Positions 38,587 through 47,800 are shown, counted from the stretch's first letter. The stretch: DNA of 64,000 bases from a virus (IMGVR_UViG_3300021168_000019:26672-90671), one strand, 5' to 3'. Translations and numbers: made by a program. Notes: generated from the sequence alone by a model not told the origin.

Positions 38587-38637
38587 TAGGGTCCCCTTTA
38601 TGTCCTTAAGCCTATTAGGTTTAGGGTCCCCTTTTCT
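38587..38637. repeat. direct repeat TAGGGTCCCCTTT x2 in 700-nt non-coding region
   Basis: 38587-38601 and 38622-38637. Confidence 0.6.
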
Positions 38638-39087
38638 ATACGTGTTGGCCGGGTCCGTGTCCAACGCGCCACGCGCTATACGGGAATCCCCCCGGCCACC
38701 CCGGAAGAGAGGGTTGGTTTGGTCATAGTACTGATCCTAAAAGACTTACAGCAACTAATCTATTGTGGGCAAGAATCTTGACAATACTTCTATCAGATTC
38801 CCTGTTAGCCTGTAATCGTGTTTGTCCCTAACTGCCTGATAATAGGAGGGTTACCCTCCGGTATACACAATACACGCTAATGTTGAATTTCTCCTAAGCT
38901 GCTTAGGTGTACTTGAACGATCATTCAACTATCAGCCTAGCTAATCGAATGCTGACAGCAAACTACAGCGTATCCTATACGTAAGGTAAATCACTTTACT
39001 AGTCTATAGGGTTAATCTTTAGGCTATTATTAGCTCATGTTCGGGCCACTTAGAAGTGTTGTATCAGTTCATGGGTGAAAGTTGAAA

Positions 39088-39104
39088 GGGTATTACCAAA
39101 GTGA
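39088..39104 (+). promoter_or_regulatory. conserved element AAAGTGATGTTGTATTC (copy 1) embedded in promoter-like sequence
   Basis: identical 17-mer at 44919-44935; TTGTAT-N18-TATTCT downstream; ~55 nt upstream of ATG 39160. Confidence 0.45.
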
Positions 39105-39159
39105 TGTTGTATTCACTGGCCGAATTAACGTATTCTGTACATGCAATCAAGGAGAGTAT

Positions 39160-39393
39160 ATGAATTATCACATGATCGAATCTGAAATCAACGATATGAT
39201 GGCTGCTCGGATGTGTACCGGGTTGCACCAAAATCGTATAGTGTGCGGTTTCACTGTCAACCTGTATCGTGACGGATACTTTGTCGTAGGGTGTGACATG
39301 CTTACAACAGAGTCCGGGATGCGCGTATCTGAGTTTATATATGAGCGCAAATATGAACGTGTAAATCGCTTTACTAACCTTGTAGTTCGATAA
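39160..39393 (+). CDS. hypothetical small protein
   Basis: start MNYHMIE after AAGGAGAG RBS. Confidence 0.4.
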   Translation: MNYHMIESEINDMMAARMCTGLHQNRIVCGFTVNLYRDGYFVVGCDMLTTESGMRVSEFIYERKYERVNRFTNLVVR

Positions 39394-39504
39394 ACACAAC
39401 GGGCCGGTATCCACTCCGGCCCAAACCTAGGAAAAAACTATGCTCTCTATTCTGATTGCATTTCCACTCATTGTCCTAACAGGATACGCATTCGGGGGCA
39501 GGCG

Positions 39505-39897
39505 ATGACAACCAATCAACGCAAGCATGTTACCCAAATGTCTAGGCGGGAGATTACGCGCGTCCTAGAGCATATCCAAGGGTTAACACTATCCGGGTTT
39601 GACAATCCCCATGTGCGTGAGCGTAAGAGCAAGTGGGATGTGTCCGATGCGGATATCAGGCAGGCGATACGCTCGGGTGAGCTAATCGAATGCCATGCGA
39701 ACAATTACCCGGATATCCGCTTTGTGATGCGCAACGATAGCGGTTTACGCTCAATTTGCGTATGCTCGAATGTCTCAGGGGAAATCATTACAGTTTGGGT
39801 TAATACTGTTAATGATAATCATTCCACTCTCAGGTTAGCGGAGTATCAATGGAAAGCTGACTTGACAAACGTATTCGATGCGCTCGGGGGCAAGTAG
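39505..39897 (+). CDS. hypothetical protein
   Basis: 130 aa. Confidence 0.35.
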   Translation: MTTNQRKHVTQMSRREITRVLEHIQGLTLSGFDNPHVRERKSKWDVSDADIRQAIRSGELIECHANNYPDIRFVMRNDSGLRSICVCSNVSGEIITVWVNTVNDNHSTLRLAEYQWKADLTNVFDALGGK

Positions 39898-40130
39898 TGA
39901 CTTTAGTTATATTGCTAGTTGCTTGGATTGCCTGTAGTGTATTTCTAGGCTGTATCGGAGGGATAAACGCATGGGGAGCACGATAGCACAAGTAATCGGA
40001 TATGTGATTTGCTTCAGCTTTGGTTACATTGCTTTCAAGGGATGCAAGTGAAGCGCTTAACCGTTGGTCCGTTTTGGCTTGAACGGATTATAACCTTTTA
40101 CGTAGAACTAACCGATGTACTGAGAGGGTT

Positions 40131-40556
40131 TTGACCGTGGCAAAGCGCAAAGCAATTACCGGGACTCTAACCCCCGTCCAGTTCGAACGTTTGACAGTGA
40201 TCCAACAAACCCGCCGTTCATTCTCTCGGGGTGCACGTCTAGCGGGGGTTATTGGGCTTGTAATCGGGGGATTCGTACCCGTGGCAACCTATACCGTTGT
40301 ACACTTCGAAGTTGCTGCAATCCCCGCGTTATGGGTTTTGGTAGCAGGCGGATTAGTCTACAGCGCGATGACGGTATTCATGTGGGCCAAATCCGCATTC
40401 GGGTCAACCGTCAAGGCTATCGGGTTTTGCATACTGCTTGAGGGTATTCTTACTTTCGCTCATTCTATTGTACTTTCGTTGTCTGCTCTGGCCGTGCTGG
40501 TATTCATTAACGCTGTAAGCGCTGCTTGCTCTTTGCAAGTCAGAAAGGAAGCCTAA
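40131..40556 (+). CDS. integral membrane protein (about 4 TM helices)
   Basis: 141 aa; hydrophobic segments LAGVIGLVIGGFVPVATYTVV, IPALWVLVAGGLVYSAMTVFMW, AIGFCILLEGILTFAHSIVL, ALAVLVFINAVSAA. Confidence 0.45.
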   Translation: MTVAKRKAITGTLTPVQFERLTVIQQTRRSFSRGARLAGVIGLVIGGFVPVATYTVVHFEVAAIPALWVLVAGGLVYSAMTVFMWAKSAFGSTVKAIGFCILLEGILTFAHSIVLSLSALAVLVFINAVSAACSLQVRKEA

Positions 40557-40729
40557 TGCCGAATACGTTCGAATATGCGCTGTATTCTAATGTCCCGGTA
40601 ACCTTGTGCATTATCGGGGATATCCTGAGCGCAACGGCCATAGTCAACGGATTGCATACATGCAAGGATGAATTCATTCTGACTGAGGAAGCATTAGACG
40701 CTAACGGAAATCCAATAGAGGAATGGTAA
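40557..40729 (+). CDS. hypothetical small protein
   Basis: 57 aa after GGAAG. Confidence 0.3.
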
Positions 40730-40791
40730 CTTTCGTACCGTTGCACTATCCTTGCAATTCGCCTAAGATGTTTACAGGTTTAGGAGGGTTT

Positions 40792-42327
40792 ATGGGTTTT
40801 ATCGATCAGTTTAAAGCAGCGCATCGGGTTTCTACTCCGCTGCTCTCAATCCGCACATTCGACGCGAAAAGCACGATTGACCGCATCAAGGGTATTTGGA
40901 CGAATGCTAACAAGGAATTGCCCCCGGTTATGTACTGGGATTGCATCAAAGGGTTTACGGTATCGGCCAAAGATGAAAAGAGCAAAACCGTTCTAACCGA
41001 TGCTATGCAAAAGTCTAGCAGTATGCCTGAGTTAACGGCATCACTGAAAGAAACCCTCCGGGTATGCAACTTTCTAGCAGAGGATTGCATAATCTTTGTG
41101 TCGAATGCTCACATGCAATTGGATGGCCCTGATAGGGTTGAAATCATCCAAGCTATTTGGAACTTGCGCGACTATTTCAAGGCAAAAGGTTGCATGCTGC
41201 TCTTGATGACTTCCAACGGGGCAATAATGCCCGTAGAACTTGCGTCCGATGTGCTTACCCTTGACGAACCATTGCCAACGAAAGCTGAACTGGCCGTAAT
41301 CGTATCTGATACGTTTAAGAATGGCAAAGCGGAAAAGAATCTGACCGATGCTATTACAGCCGATGCTACCAAAGCGTTAATCGGGTTGCCAGCATTTCCA
41401 GCGGAGCAAGCAACTGCTATGTGTCTGGAGAATGGCAAGCTTGACATGTCCGGGTTGTGGGAGCGTAAACGGCAGGCTATCAATGCTACGCGGGGATTGC
41501 AAGTATTACAGACGGATGCGAACCTTGACAACATCGGCGGATTGGAACAATTCAAAACGTTTTTAGAGCAAGTGATGACGGGCAATAACCCCCCGAACGT
41601 TATTCTATTGTGGGATGAAATCGAAAAGAGTTTCGCGGGGATGGGAACAGACACGTCCGGGACAACTACCAAAATGGGGGGCAATGTTCTTTCATGGTCA
41701 AATGATACCGGTATGGCGGGAATCATCGGCGTAGGTGTACCGGGGGCAGGAAAGAGTGAAGTAGTCAAGGCAGTTGCGAACAAGTACGGAAAGCTTTGCA
41801 TCGCGTTCAATCTGGCCGATATGGAAAGCGGACTAGTAGGCAGTTCGAACGAATATTTGCGCAACGCTCAGGCAGTCATTGATTCGATATCGGATAAAAA
41901 GGTTCTATCAATCGCAACGTGCAATAGCATCGAATCCCTGCCCCCGGAGATTAAGCGTAGATTCGCAAACAAAGGTATATTCTTCTTTGATGCACCTACG
42001 GAAGTAGAACGCGCGTCCATTTGGGATGTCTACCGTAATAAGTATTCCATCCCCGCATCGGACCCTACACCGAACGATAAGGGTTGGACTGGAGCGGAAA
42101 TCCGCAATTGCGCTTTGAACGCATACGAACTGAAAATTACGCTCAGGCAGGCTGCAAATTACATTGTACCGGTTACCGTTTCCGATGCTGGCAAAATTGC
42201 AACGTTGCGTAATGCTTGCTCGGGGAAGTACTTGTCAGCATCACATCCCGGAGTCTACCAGTACATGGGGGAAGAAACGGAAACCCCATCTATCCCTGAA
42301 ACGGTAACCGGGCGAAAGATGCGGTAA
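40792..42327 (+). CDS. AAA+-like ATPase with C-terminal TGRKMR tail
   Basis: start MGFIDQF after AGGAGGG; ILLWDEIEKS (Walker B-like), GVPGAGKSE (P-loop), SIATCN...RRF sensor/Arg-finger-like; ends ETVTGRKMR. Confidence 0.45.
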   Translation: MGFIDQFKAAHRVSTPLLSIRTFDAKSTIDRIKGIWTNANKELPPVMYWDCIKGFTVSAKDEKSKTVLTDAMQKSSSMPELTASLKETLRVCNFLAEDCIIFVSNAHMQLDGPDRVEIIQAIWNLRDYFKAKGCMLLLMTSNGAIMPVELASDVLTLDEPLPTKAELAVIVSDTFKNGKAEKNLTDAITADATKALIGLPAFPAEQATAMCLENGKLDMSGLWERKRQAINATRGLQVLQTDANLDNIGGLEQFKTFLEQVMTGNNPPNVILLWDEIEKSFAGMGTDTSGTTTKMGGNVLSWSNDTGMAGIIGVGVPGAGKSEVVKAVANKYGKLCIAFNLADMESGLVGSSNEYLRNAQAVIDSISDKKVLSIATCNSIESLPPEIKRRFANKGIFFFDAPTEVERASIWDVYRNKYSIPASDPTPNDKGWTGAEIRNCALNAYELKITLRQAANYIVPVTVSDAGKIATLRNACSGKYLSASHPGVYQYMGEETETPSIPETVTGRKMR

Positions 42328-42398
42328 CTAAAGTAATGGGGGTGGGGATTGTAACCTGCCCCCGTTCTATGCTAATCTTTTAGCAGATTGGGGGAGCA

Positions 42399-42839
42399 AT
42401 GAGCGAATACAGTACGAATAAGACGATTTTCAAGGATGCAAGCTTGCTTGTAGCTGCATTGGTTGAAATGGGGTTTCCGCTTGAGGAAATCGAACAGAAC
42501 ACCGATGCAAAGCAACTTCTTGACTATCACGGCAGAGCAACCCATTACACCGATGCAGCGGGGGATAAAGCAGAAATCGTAATCCGTCGTCAATCAGTTA
42601 ACCGTCATCTCTCTAGTGGCGCATCGAACGATATCGGTTTCAAACGTCAACCCGATGGGACCTACGCGGGGATTATTTCAGCGTATGACTCCAACTTCGC
42701 TAACACTGCTTGGATGGGAAGATTGACCGCTGCATACACTCGCAAAGCAATCATCCAGAAAGCAACTAAGCAAGGTTTGCGCGTGCTCGGGTCCGTCAAG
42801 GTTAATGGTAAGACGCAATTCCAAATCGCAAAAGCTTAG
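42399..42839 (+). CDS. hypothetical protein (DUF1257-like from memory)
   Basis: 146 aa. Confidence 0.3.
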   Translation: MSEYSTNKTIFKDASLLVAALVEMGFPLEEIEQNTDAKQLLDYHGRATHYTDAAGDKAEIVIRRQSVNRHLSSGASNDIGFKRQPDGTYAGIISAYDSNFANTAWMGRLTAAYTRKAIIQKATKQGLRVLGSVKVNGKTQFQIAKA

Positions 42840-42847
42840 GGGGGATT

Positions 42848-43039
42848 ATGCAAGTTATCAAGATTTCAGTAGATGACAATACCGGGGAATTCGATGTTGA
42901 TTTAACCGGATTCCACGGGCAGGGATGCGCAGCAATCATAGACGCATTCGGCGAATTAGGGGAAATCACATCCCGGACACATAAACCCGAATACCGCGAA
43001 AAGACGGTTACACAAAGAGTAGTCAAAGCGGGGGCATAA
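42848..43039 (+). CDS. small protein (DUF2997-like from memory)
   Basis: 63 aa; SVDDNTGEFDVDL...GQGCAAII...EYREK. Confidence 0.3.
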   Translation: MQVIKISVDDNTGEFDVDLTGFHGQGCAAIIDAFGELGEITSRTHKPEYREKTVTQRVVKAGA

Positions 43040-43377
43040 TGGAAAACGCTAACCGGTTTACAGTCAGTATCGATGACACAACGGGGGAGTATCAATTCCT
43101 CTTGTCTAATCTTTCTGCCTGCCTGCTAGATGAGACAAGCAACGTTAGACGGGCAAGTCATGTAGAACCTGTAAACCGGTTAGCACGTCTATGCTTCTAT
43201 CTTGCCCGTAGAACGTTCGGAGATACGGGCAGGGTTGCAAACCTTACTCGGAGATATCCGGGACTCTGGAGAGTCAATCTTGCCCCGATAGATGGCCCTG
43301 TATTACCGGGGGTGTATTCGATACGCTCGGAAGCGATACAGGCAGAGGTATCCTATCTAGAGGAAAACTTCCTATAA
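43039..43377 (+). CDS. hypothetical protein, N-terminus paralogous to 42848..43039
   Basis: SIDDTTGEYQFLLSNLSAC aligns with SVDDNTGEFDVDLTGFHGQGC. Confidence 0.35.
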   Translation: MENANRFTVSIDDTTGEYQFLLSNLSACLLDETSNVRRASHVEPVNRLARLCFYLARRTFGDTGRVANLTRRYPGLWRVNLAPIDGPVLPGVYSIRSEAIQAEVSYLEENFL

Positions 43378-43450
43378 CTTTAGTACTGTTGTGTAGGGAT
43401 GGATTCTCGCCTAAACTGTATATGGATTTCAATTCGACCAAGGAGTTAGC

Positions 43451-44371
43451 ATGGCAAACAACCAAAGCATTACAGAGAATGCGGTATTCTTTCGGGTCAA
43501 CTTTGGCCTAATGGGGAATTCTACGCAAGTATCTAACAGGGAAGTACTGAAAACGGATGCTAACACAAAGTTGCTTAAGATTCAAAAGACGCTGCTCGAA
43601 TCCCCCGAACTTGAAGCAATCAAAACGGCGGATGGCAAGCTAAGAGCAAGGGTTGCAAAGCTTTGCCTGCCCTACGTTGACATGGGGATTATGCTTGCCC
43701 TGAATTCTGACTTGCCCGAACTGGAAAGCATCCTGAAAGATTATCAAGAGACGCGCAACGGACTGGTAGATACTTACGTCTCATTCTATCCCCAACGGGT
43801 TGAGGAAGCGAAAGTCAAGACTCAAGAACTAGCAGCGGAGTTAAACATTCCGTTCGATGTGCTTTGGAATAGCGCTTCTTACCCGGATGTGTTTAACGTT
43901 CGGAAGAAGTTTCGCTTTGACTGGCAATATTTGTCTTTTATGACTCCTGAGAGTCTCAAGCTTCAGGGCATGTACGAACAAGAGCAAGCCAAAGCAGCGG
44001 AAAAGATGTCTCAAGCAGCGGATGAGATTACGCTTTTGATGCGCTCAACACTGGCCGAACTGGTAAACCATCTGAAGGAGTCACTTGAGCCTAATGCGGA
44101 TGGGAAGCCAAAGCGCTTGTTTGCATCGGCTGTCACCAACATCCAAGACTTTGTGAAGTCATTCCCCACCCGGAACATCACGAACGATACCGAACTAGAC
44201 AAACTAATTGCAGAGATTAGTACACTTATCACCCCGGAGTTACACGTTGATACCATCAAGAAGGATGAGTCATTCAAGGCTAGCATCCTTGCGGGGGTTT
44301 CTGCATTCGGTCAATCCCTAAACGCATTGGTTGAGGAAGTACCGGGCAGGAAGTTTAAAGAAGCGCTTTAA
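43451..44371 (+). CDS. hypothetical protein with C-terminal PGRKFKEAL tail
   Basis: 306 aa; ends EEVPGRKFKEAL. Confidence 0.45.
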   Translation: MANNQSITENAVFFRVNFGLMGNSTQVSNREVLKTDANTKLLKIQKTLLESPELEAIKTADGKLRARVAKLCLPYVDMGIMLALNSDLPELESILKDYQETRNGLVDTYVSFYPQRVEEAKVKTQELAAELNIPFDVLWNSASYPDVFNVRKKFRFDWQYLSFMTPESLKLQGMYEQEQAKAAEKMSQAADEITLLMRSTLAELVNHLKESLEPNADGKPKRLFASAVTNIQDFVKSFPTRNITNDTELDKLIAEISTLITPELHVDTIKKDESFKASILAGVSAFGQSLNALVEEVPGRKFKEAL

Positions 44372-44396
44372 CCCTCAGTCAACACCCCCAACCCCT

Positions 44397-44428
44397 AAAC
44401 CCCCGGATTCTTCCGGGGGTTTCACTTT
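44397..44428 (+). terminator. rho-independent terminator
   Basis: CCCCCGG-attctt-CCGGGGG hairpin followed by TTTCACTTT. Confidence 0.65.
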
Positions 44429-44787
44429 GCCCTGAGCTACCGGAAATCCCCCAGACCAACTGCTAGTTACAATTCGCATCATTCTACAAAGTCACCGCAT
44501 CTAAGCCGCGTTATCGCTCTCTCAGGTTTCAACTACAAGAACGACGATGCTTTAGTAACGCTGGTATGTACTCGCGCGGATAAGAGATATGCACGTACAC
44601 ATCCCAGTCAAGATATCGAAGAATGGGGCAAGTACTTTAAGCCTAAGAATATCTATGCTATCAACCGCAATGAAGCAATGCGGCGGGATGTGGCAAAGTA
44701 TCATCCGGGGGCATATTTCTTTAAAGGTGAAGCGGTTGAACAGATGGTTGGTTTGGCTCGTGCGGGGGTTGTCGGCATGTACCTATC

Positions 44788-44815
44788 TTGATATGATGTG
44801 CACGTTTGATACTAT
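44788..44815 (+). promoter_or_regulatory. sigma70-like promoter
   Basis: TTGATA -16- TACTAT. Confidence 0.35.
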
Positions 44816-44816
44816 C

Positions 44817-44987
44817 ATGAAAGATAGAAATCTGCAAACCTTTTTTGACGTTGCTCACTCTGGTACAGTTATTGCTGTGAATTGCATGTTCTATTATATT
44901 TCGACGCAAGTAGTTACTAAAGTGATGTTGTATTCGTTTTTCAACCGTGGTACTCTGTATTTGAAAGTGAGGAACAAATGGAACTGA
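44817..44987 (+). CDS. possible small leaderless ORF (56 aa)
   Basis: ATG 2 nt after -10 hexamer; only the last 56 codons of track ORF 44589..44987 look plausible; overlaps regulatory element. Confidence 0.2.
   Translation: MKDRNLQTFFDVAHSGTVIAVNCMFYYISTQVVTKVMLYSFFNRGTLYLKVRNKWN
44919..44935 (+). promoter_or_regulatory. conserved element AAAGTGATGTTGTATTC (copy 2) with TTGTAT-N17-TGG-TACTCT promoter-like arrangement
   Basis: identical to 39088-39104; ~45 nt upstream of ATG 44978. Confidence 0.45.
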
Positions 44988-45250
44988 ACGAAGCAATCGA
45001 AGTAGGCTCGACAATGGCCGATGCAACGGAAGCCCTGTATAGTATGGAGTCCGACGCACGGGAAATCGCTGACCGCATTCTTGCCCTTGCAAAGCGCATG
45101 GAAGAAAAAGGACTTCCCGCGATTCTCTTGCTTCCCGCGATGAGTGACATTTGCACCGTGGGCAAGGCATTCGGCAGCGCAGGGGATTTCGGTTTGGCTG
45201 CTACCCTTGCATCACTTCAAGATATCATCGAAGTGAAAGTCAAGAACTAA
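44978..45250 (+). CDS. hypothetical protein
   Basis: 90 aa; GAGGAA RBS. Confidence 0.4.
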   Translation: MELNEAIEVGSTMADATEALYSMESDAREIADRILALAKRMEEKGLPAILLLPAMSDICTVGKAFGSAGDFGLAATLASLQDIIEVKVKN

Positions 45251-45372
45251 AGTAACGTTGACATACCGGTAGCACAATAGTATAGTTGGTACAAGTAAGC
45301 AAACAAGGAACCGAACAAGGAGAATGTATGCTAACAGGCAGGGAAAGCCTGCCCCTTAACTGCTAACGGAAA

Positions 45373-45464
45373 TGGGTTAAGGAGAATGCTAGTAGACGCG
45401 ATATAGTGGCCCGATTAAAGACGGCAGCACTTGATTGTCCTACTTACTAGCATTCTCCTTAACC
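45373..45464. repeat. 21-bp perfect inverted repeat (GGGTTAAGGAGAATGCTAGTA / TACTAGCATTCTCCTTAACCC) with 50-nt spacer
   Basis: arms 45373-45393 and 45444-45464; lies in 5' leader of gene starting 45478. Confidence 0.7.
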
Positions 45465-45477
45465 CATTGGAGAGATA

Positions 45478-45647
45478 TGGAAATCACGCGAACAGTACGC
45501 AATGGACAGTCAGTGAACATGCATAGGTGTGAGCTATGCTGGCCGCTAGTATCCACGATTGACAACGGTTTTAAACTGGTAGCCTTGCCCGTGGTACACG
45601 CCAAGGGTTGCCCATTCGGAAAGGAAACGCATGGCAAGGAGATTTAA
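45478..45647 (+). CDS. hypothetical small Cys-containing protein
   Basis: start MEITRT after GGAGAG RBS. Confidence 0.35.
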
Positions 45648-45957
45648 TTCAACTGTGAGAGAGATTCCCCCCGACCCTCCAGTACTGGCCGAAGTCAACG
45701 CGTCGAAGCCTTGGACTGAGGGAACCATACGGGGCAAAGTGGTAATCCTCAAGAAGTCTGCTCTATTGCCCGACTATCAGCTTATGGACAGGCGATTCAA
45801 ACCTACTGATGGTTTTGGTACTTCACTTGGTACGCGCGGCAGTGCCGTATATGGTACGCTGTACATAGACGGCGAAGTTTGTCGATTTGAGCGCAGTGAC
45901 ATCGAAGGACTAGCAGTTAACCCCGAATTGCCCGTTGTACATTACGGGAAGAACTGA
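45631..45957 (+). CDS. hypothetical protein
   Basis: 108 aa. Confidence 0.35.
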   Translation: MARRFNSTVREIPPDPPVLAEVNASKPWTEGTIRGKVVILKKSALLPDYQLMDRRFKPTDGFGTSLGTRGSAVYGTLYIDGEVCRFERSDIEGLAVNPELPVVHYGKN

Positions 45958-45964
45958 GGAGCAC

Positions 45965-46213
45965 ATGAAAGTTACCATTGATATTAGTTCCGAGGAAGCG
46001 GAAAACATATTATTTGCCTTGACATTACGCTCGAAGCAGAGTAAGCTTAGTAGTGTAAGGCAGGATGAGACTGTGGAACTTGGAAAGAGTCTCGATGGTA
46101 CCTTTGCTCAGGCTTTTGGATGGGATAAGTCAATCGACCGCATGAATCTTATGCGCCGTCCTATTAAAAACGTTTCTATCAAATGCTACGATTTGTCACC
46201 ACACGAGGGATGA
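45965..46213 (+). CDS. hypothetical protein
   Basis: start MKVTID after GAGGAG. Confidence 0.35.
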   Translation: MKVTIDISSEEAENILFALTLRSKQSKLSSVRQDETVELGKSLDGTFAQAFGWDKSIDRMNLMRRPIKNVSIKCYDLSPHEG

Positions 46214-46410
46214 TGCGATTTAAAGGTTACTGGCGAAAGGTTTCGCCCAATTCGCCCGAATTCATTCTATTTGACGAGAGTCACTACCGGGAAGCTGGCG
46301 TAGGATACTCACCGTCAATCGGTATGCCAGTTCTTGAGGCTTATCAACTTGTCAACAAATGGAATATGGCCGAAGCTACCCGGAACCGGTTTCGCTATTG
46401 GTTGCAATAG
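46210..46410 (+). CDS. hypothetical small protein
   Basis: ATGATG start after CACGAGGG. Confidence 0.3.
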   Translation: MMRFKGYWRKVSPNSPEFILFDESHYREAGVGYSPSIGMPVLEAYQLVNKWNMAEATRNRFRYWLQ

Positions 46411-46417
46411 GAGACGT

Positions 46418-46621
46418 ATGGAAACCCGAACTGTTAAAATGTGTCTATCGGCTTGTTGTGGCAATGGAGCAGAGGTTCAGCGTTCACTGACCAAAGAGCA
46501 GTACGACTATCTCAAGTCACTGGCCGAACAGTTGAGCGAGAATGACGGCCACTCAACCCCGTTTACTGTACCGTTTTTCTACGTGGCAGATTGGGAGGAA
46601 TGTGAAGTATGGACCCGATAG
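46418..46621 (+). CDS. hypothetical small Cys-rich protein
   Basis: AGGAGA RBS; CLSACCGNG. Confidence 0.35.
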   Translation: METRTVKMCLSACCGNGAEVQRSLTKEQYDYLKSLAEQLSENDGHSTPFTVPFFYVADWEECEVWTR

Positions 46622-46822
46622 CGGCACTCTGTATAATCGTTGTGGTAATTCTCGCCATTGCTGACAGGTTCGCAATCGAAACTGACAACGGAAACGACAT
46701 AGGAGAGGGATGGTAATGAAAGCTTTCAAATACGTTTCAGAGATTATGATGTCCATCTGTATCCTTGCTTGTGTCATGAGCATCCCGGTTAACTTGACGT
46801 ACACAGCCATTTTTAGTATATT

Positions 46823-47542
46823 ATGGGAATCAAGGAAACTCACCCGAGTTATGGTACCATCTCTATCAGTCATGTTTCTGGACAAGTTCCACTGTTCAAC
46901 AGTGACATCCAGCACAATCATTTTGTAGAGATTACCGTCCAAGAGGCTACTAAGTATATCGACGGTGACCGCGAGATGGTGATGGGTCACGGTAAGTCAT
47001 TAGTTCGTGTATGGCTGAGTGCCGCACAATTCGCCGAACTCATCACAACACCGAACAGGGGGAGCGGTACGCCGTGCACCATTCGACACGCGCAAGGTGA
47101 CCCTCAGTGGGATACGCGATTCGGTGACCGTCCAGAGGCACCAAAGCCTCAACCGTTCGCGGACAGGTTCAAGGATGAGGGTAAACGCCGCGCTCAGTTG
47201 ATGAATGAGCACATGCGTTACGCCAAGTCTCTTGTGGACAAGTTGGTTGACGGAACTGAGAAGCCGACAAAGGCGAACCTCAAGGACGTGGCCCAACGAC
47301 TCGCTCAATCAATGCAGGAGATTCAAAGCAATCTGCCCTACGTGATGGAGTGCATGGAAGAGGCAACCGAGAAGCGTATGCAGAACGCGGTAACAGAGTT
47401 TGAAAGCTATGTTGGTACTCGTCTTAGAACGATGGGACTTGAGCATTTACAGGCTACTGCTCCGAAACTGCCAAGCCCTACGTATGATACTCTAGCACTG
47501 CCTGAGCCGATAGTAGATGCGGACGCATGGACGGAGGACTAA
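46823..47542 (+). CDS. hypothetical protein
   Basis: 239 aa; overlaps a possible 70-aa hydrophobic ORF (46716..46928), true start uncertain. Confidence 0.35.
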   Translation: MGIKETHPSYGTISISHVSGQVPLFNSDIQHNHFVEITVQEATKYIDGDREMVMGHGKSLVRVWLSAAQFAELITTPNRGSGTPCTIRHAQGDPQWDTRFGDRPEAPKPQPFADRFKDEGKRRAQLMNEHMRYAKSLVDKLVDGTEKPTKANLKDVAQRLAQSMQEIQSNLPYVMECMEEATEKRMQNAVTEFESYVGTRLRTMGLEHLQATAPKLPSPTYDTLALPEPIVDADAWTED

Positions 47543-47739
47543 TGTTTAGGATATTCACATTTAAAGGATTCAAACGTGCTGCGTTTCTAATTTTTACATT
47601 TACAGGACTCATATCAGTCATAACTGTAACTGTTAATTGGATATTAACAAAGTTTCCCTATATTGTTCTGCATCCGGGAATAATCTTATGGCCGGTCGCT
47701 TTCATCTTCTTAACGCTGTGGGTGATGTTGAGTGAGTAG
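47542..47739 (+). CDS. small membrane protein (2 TM)
   Basis: MFRIFTFKGFKRAAFLIFTFTGLISVITV...PGIILWPVAFIFLTLWVM. Confidence 0.35.
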   Translation: MFRIFTFKGFKRAAFLIFTFTGLISVITVTVNWILTKFPYIVLHPGIILWPVAFIFLTLWVMLSE

Positions 47740-47768
47740 TTGACAACCGAAACAAGCTGTGGTACTAT
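47740..47768 (+). promoter_or_regulatory. sigma70-like promoter with extended -10
   Basis: TTGACA -17- TGG-TACTAT. Confidence 0.55.
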
Positions 47769-47800
47769 CATGAAGTCGCCCAATGGGCAGAAAGGTACAA

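Noticed and set aside
38587-38637. Possible CRISPR array or iterons
   Set aside because: Only two short direct-repeat copies with no regular repeat-spacer periodicity. No CRISPR arrays were seen anywhere in the window.
44589-44987. 132-aa plus-strand ORF in the track
   Set aside because: The first ~75 codons span a terminator-proximal non-coding stretch and a promoter and read as low-complexity nonsense. Only a possible 56-codon leaderless ORF at its end was kept, at low confidence.
44721-45170. 149-aa minus-strand ORF
   Set aside because: It is antisense to a well-supported plus-strand gene (44978..45250) and to regulatory elements, and has no RBS. It is likely a chance ORF in GC-richer DNA.
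46716-46928. 70-aa hydrophobic ORF overlapping the start of 46823..47542
   Set aside because: A 105-nt out-of-frame overlap makes both unlikely to be real as drawn. The longer ORF was kept and start uncertainty noted.
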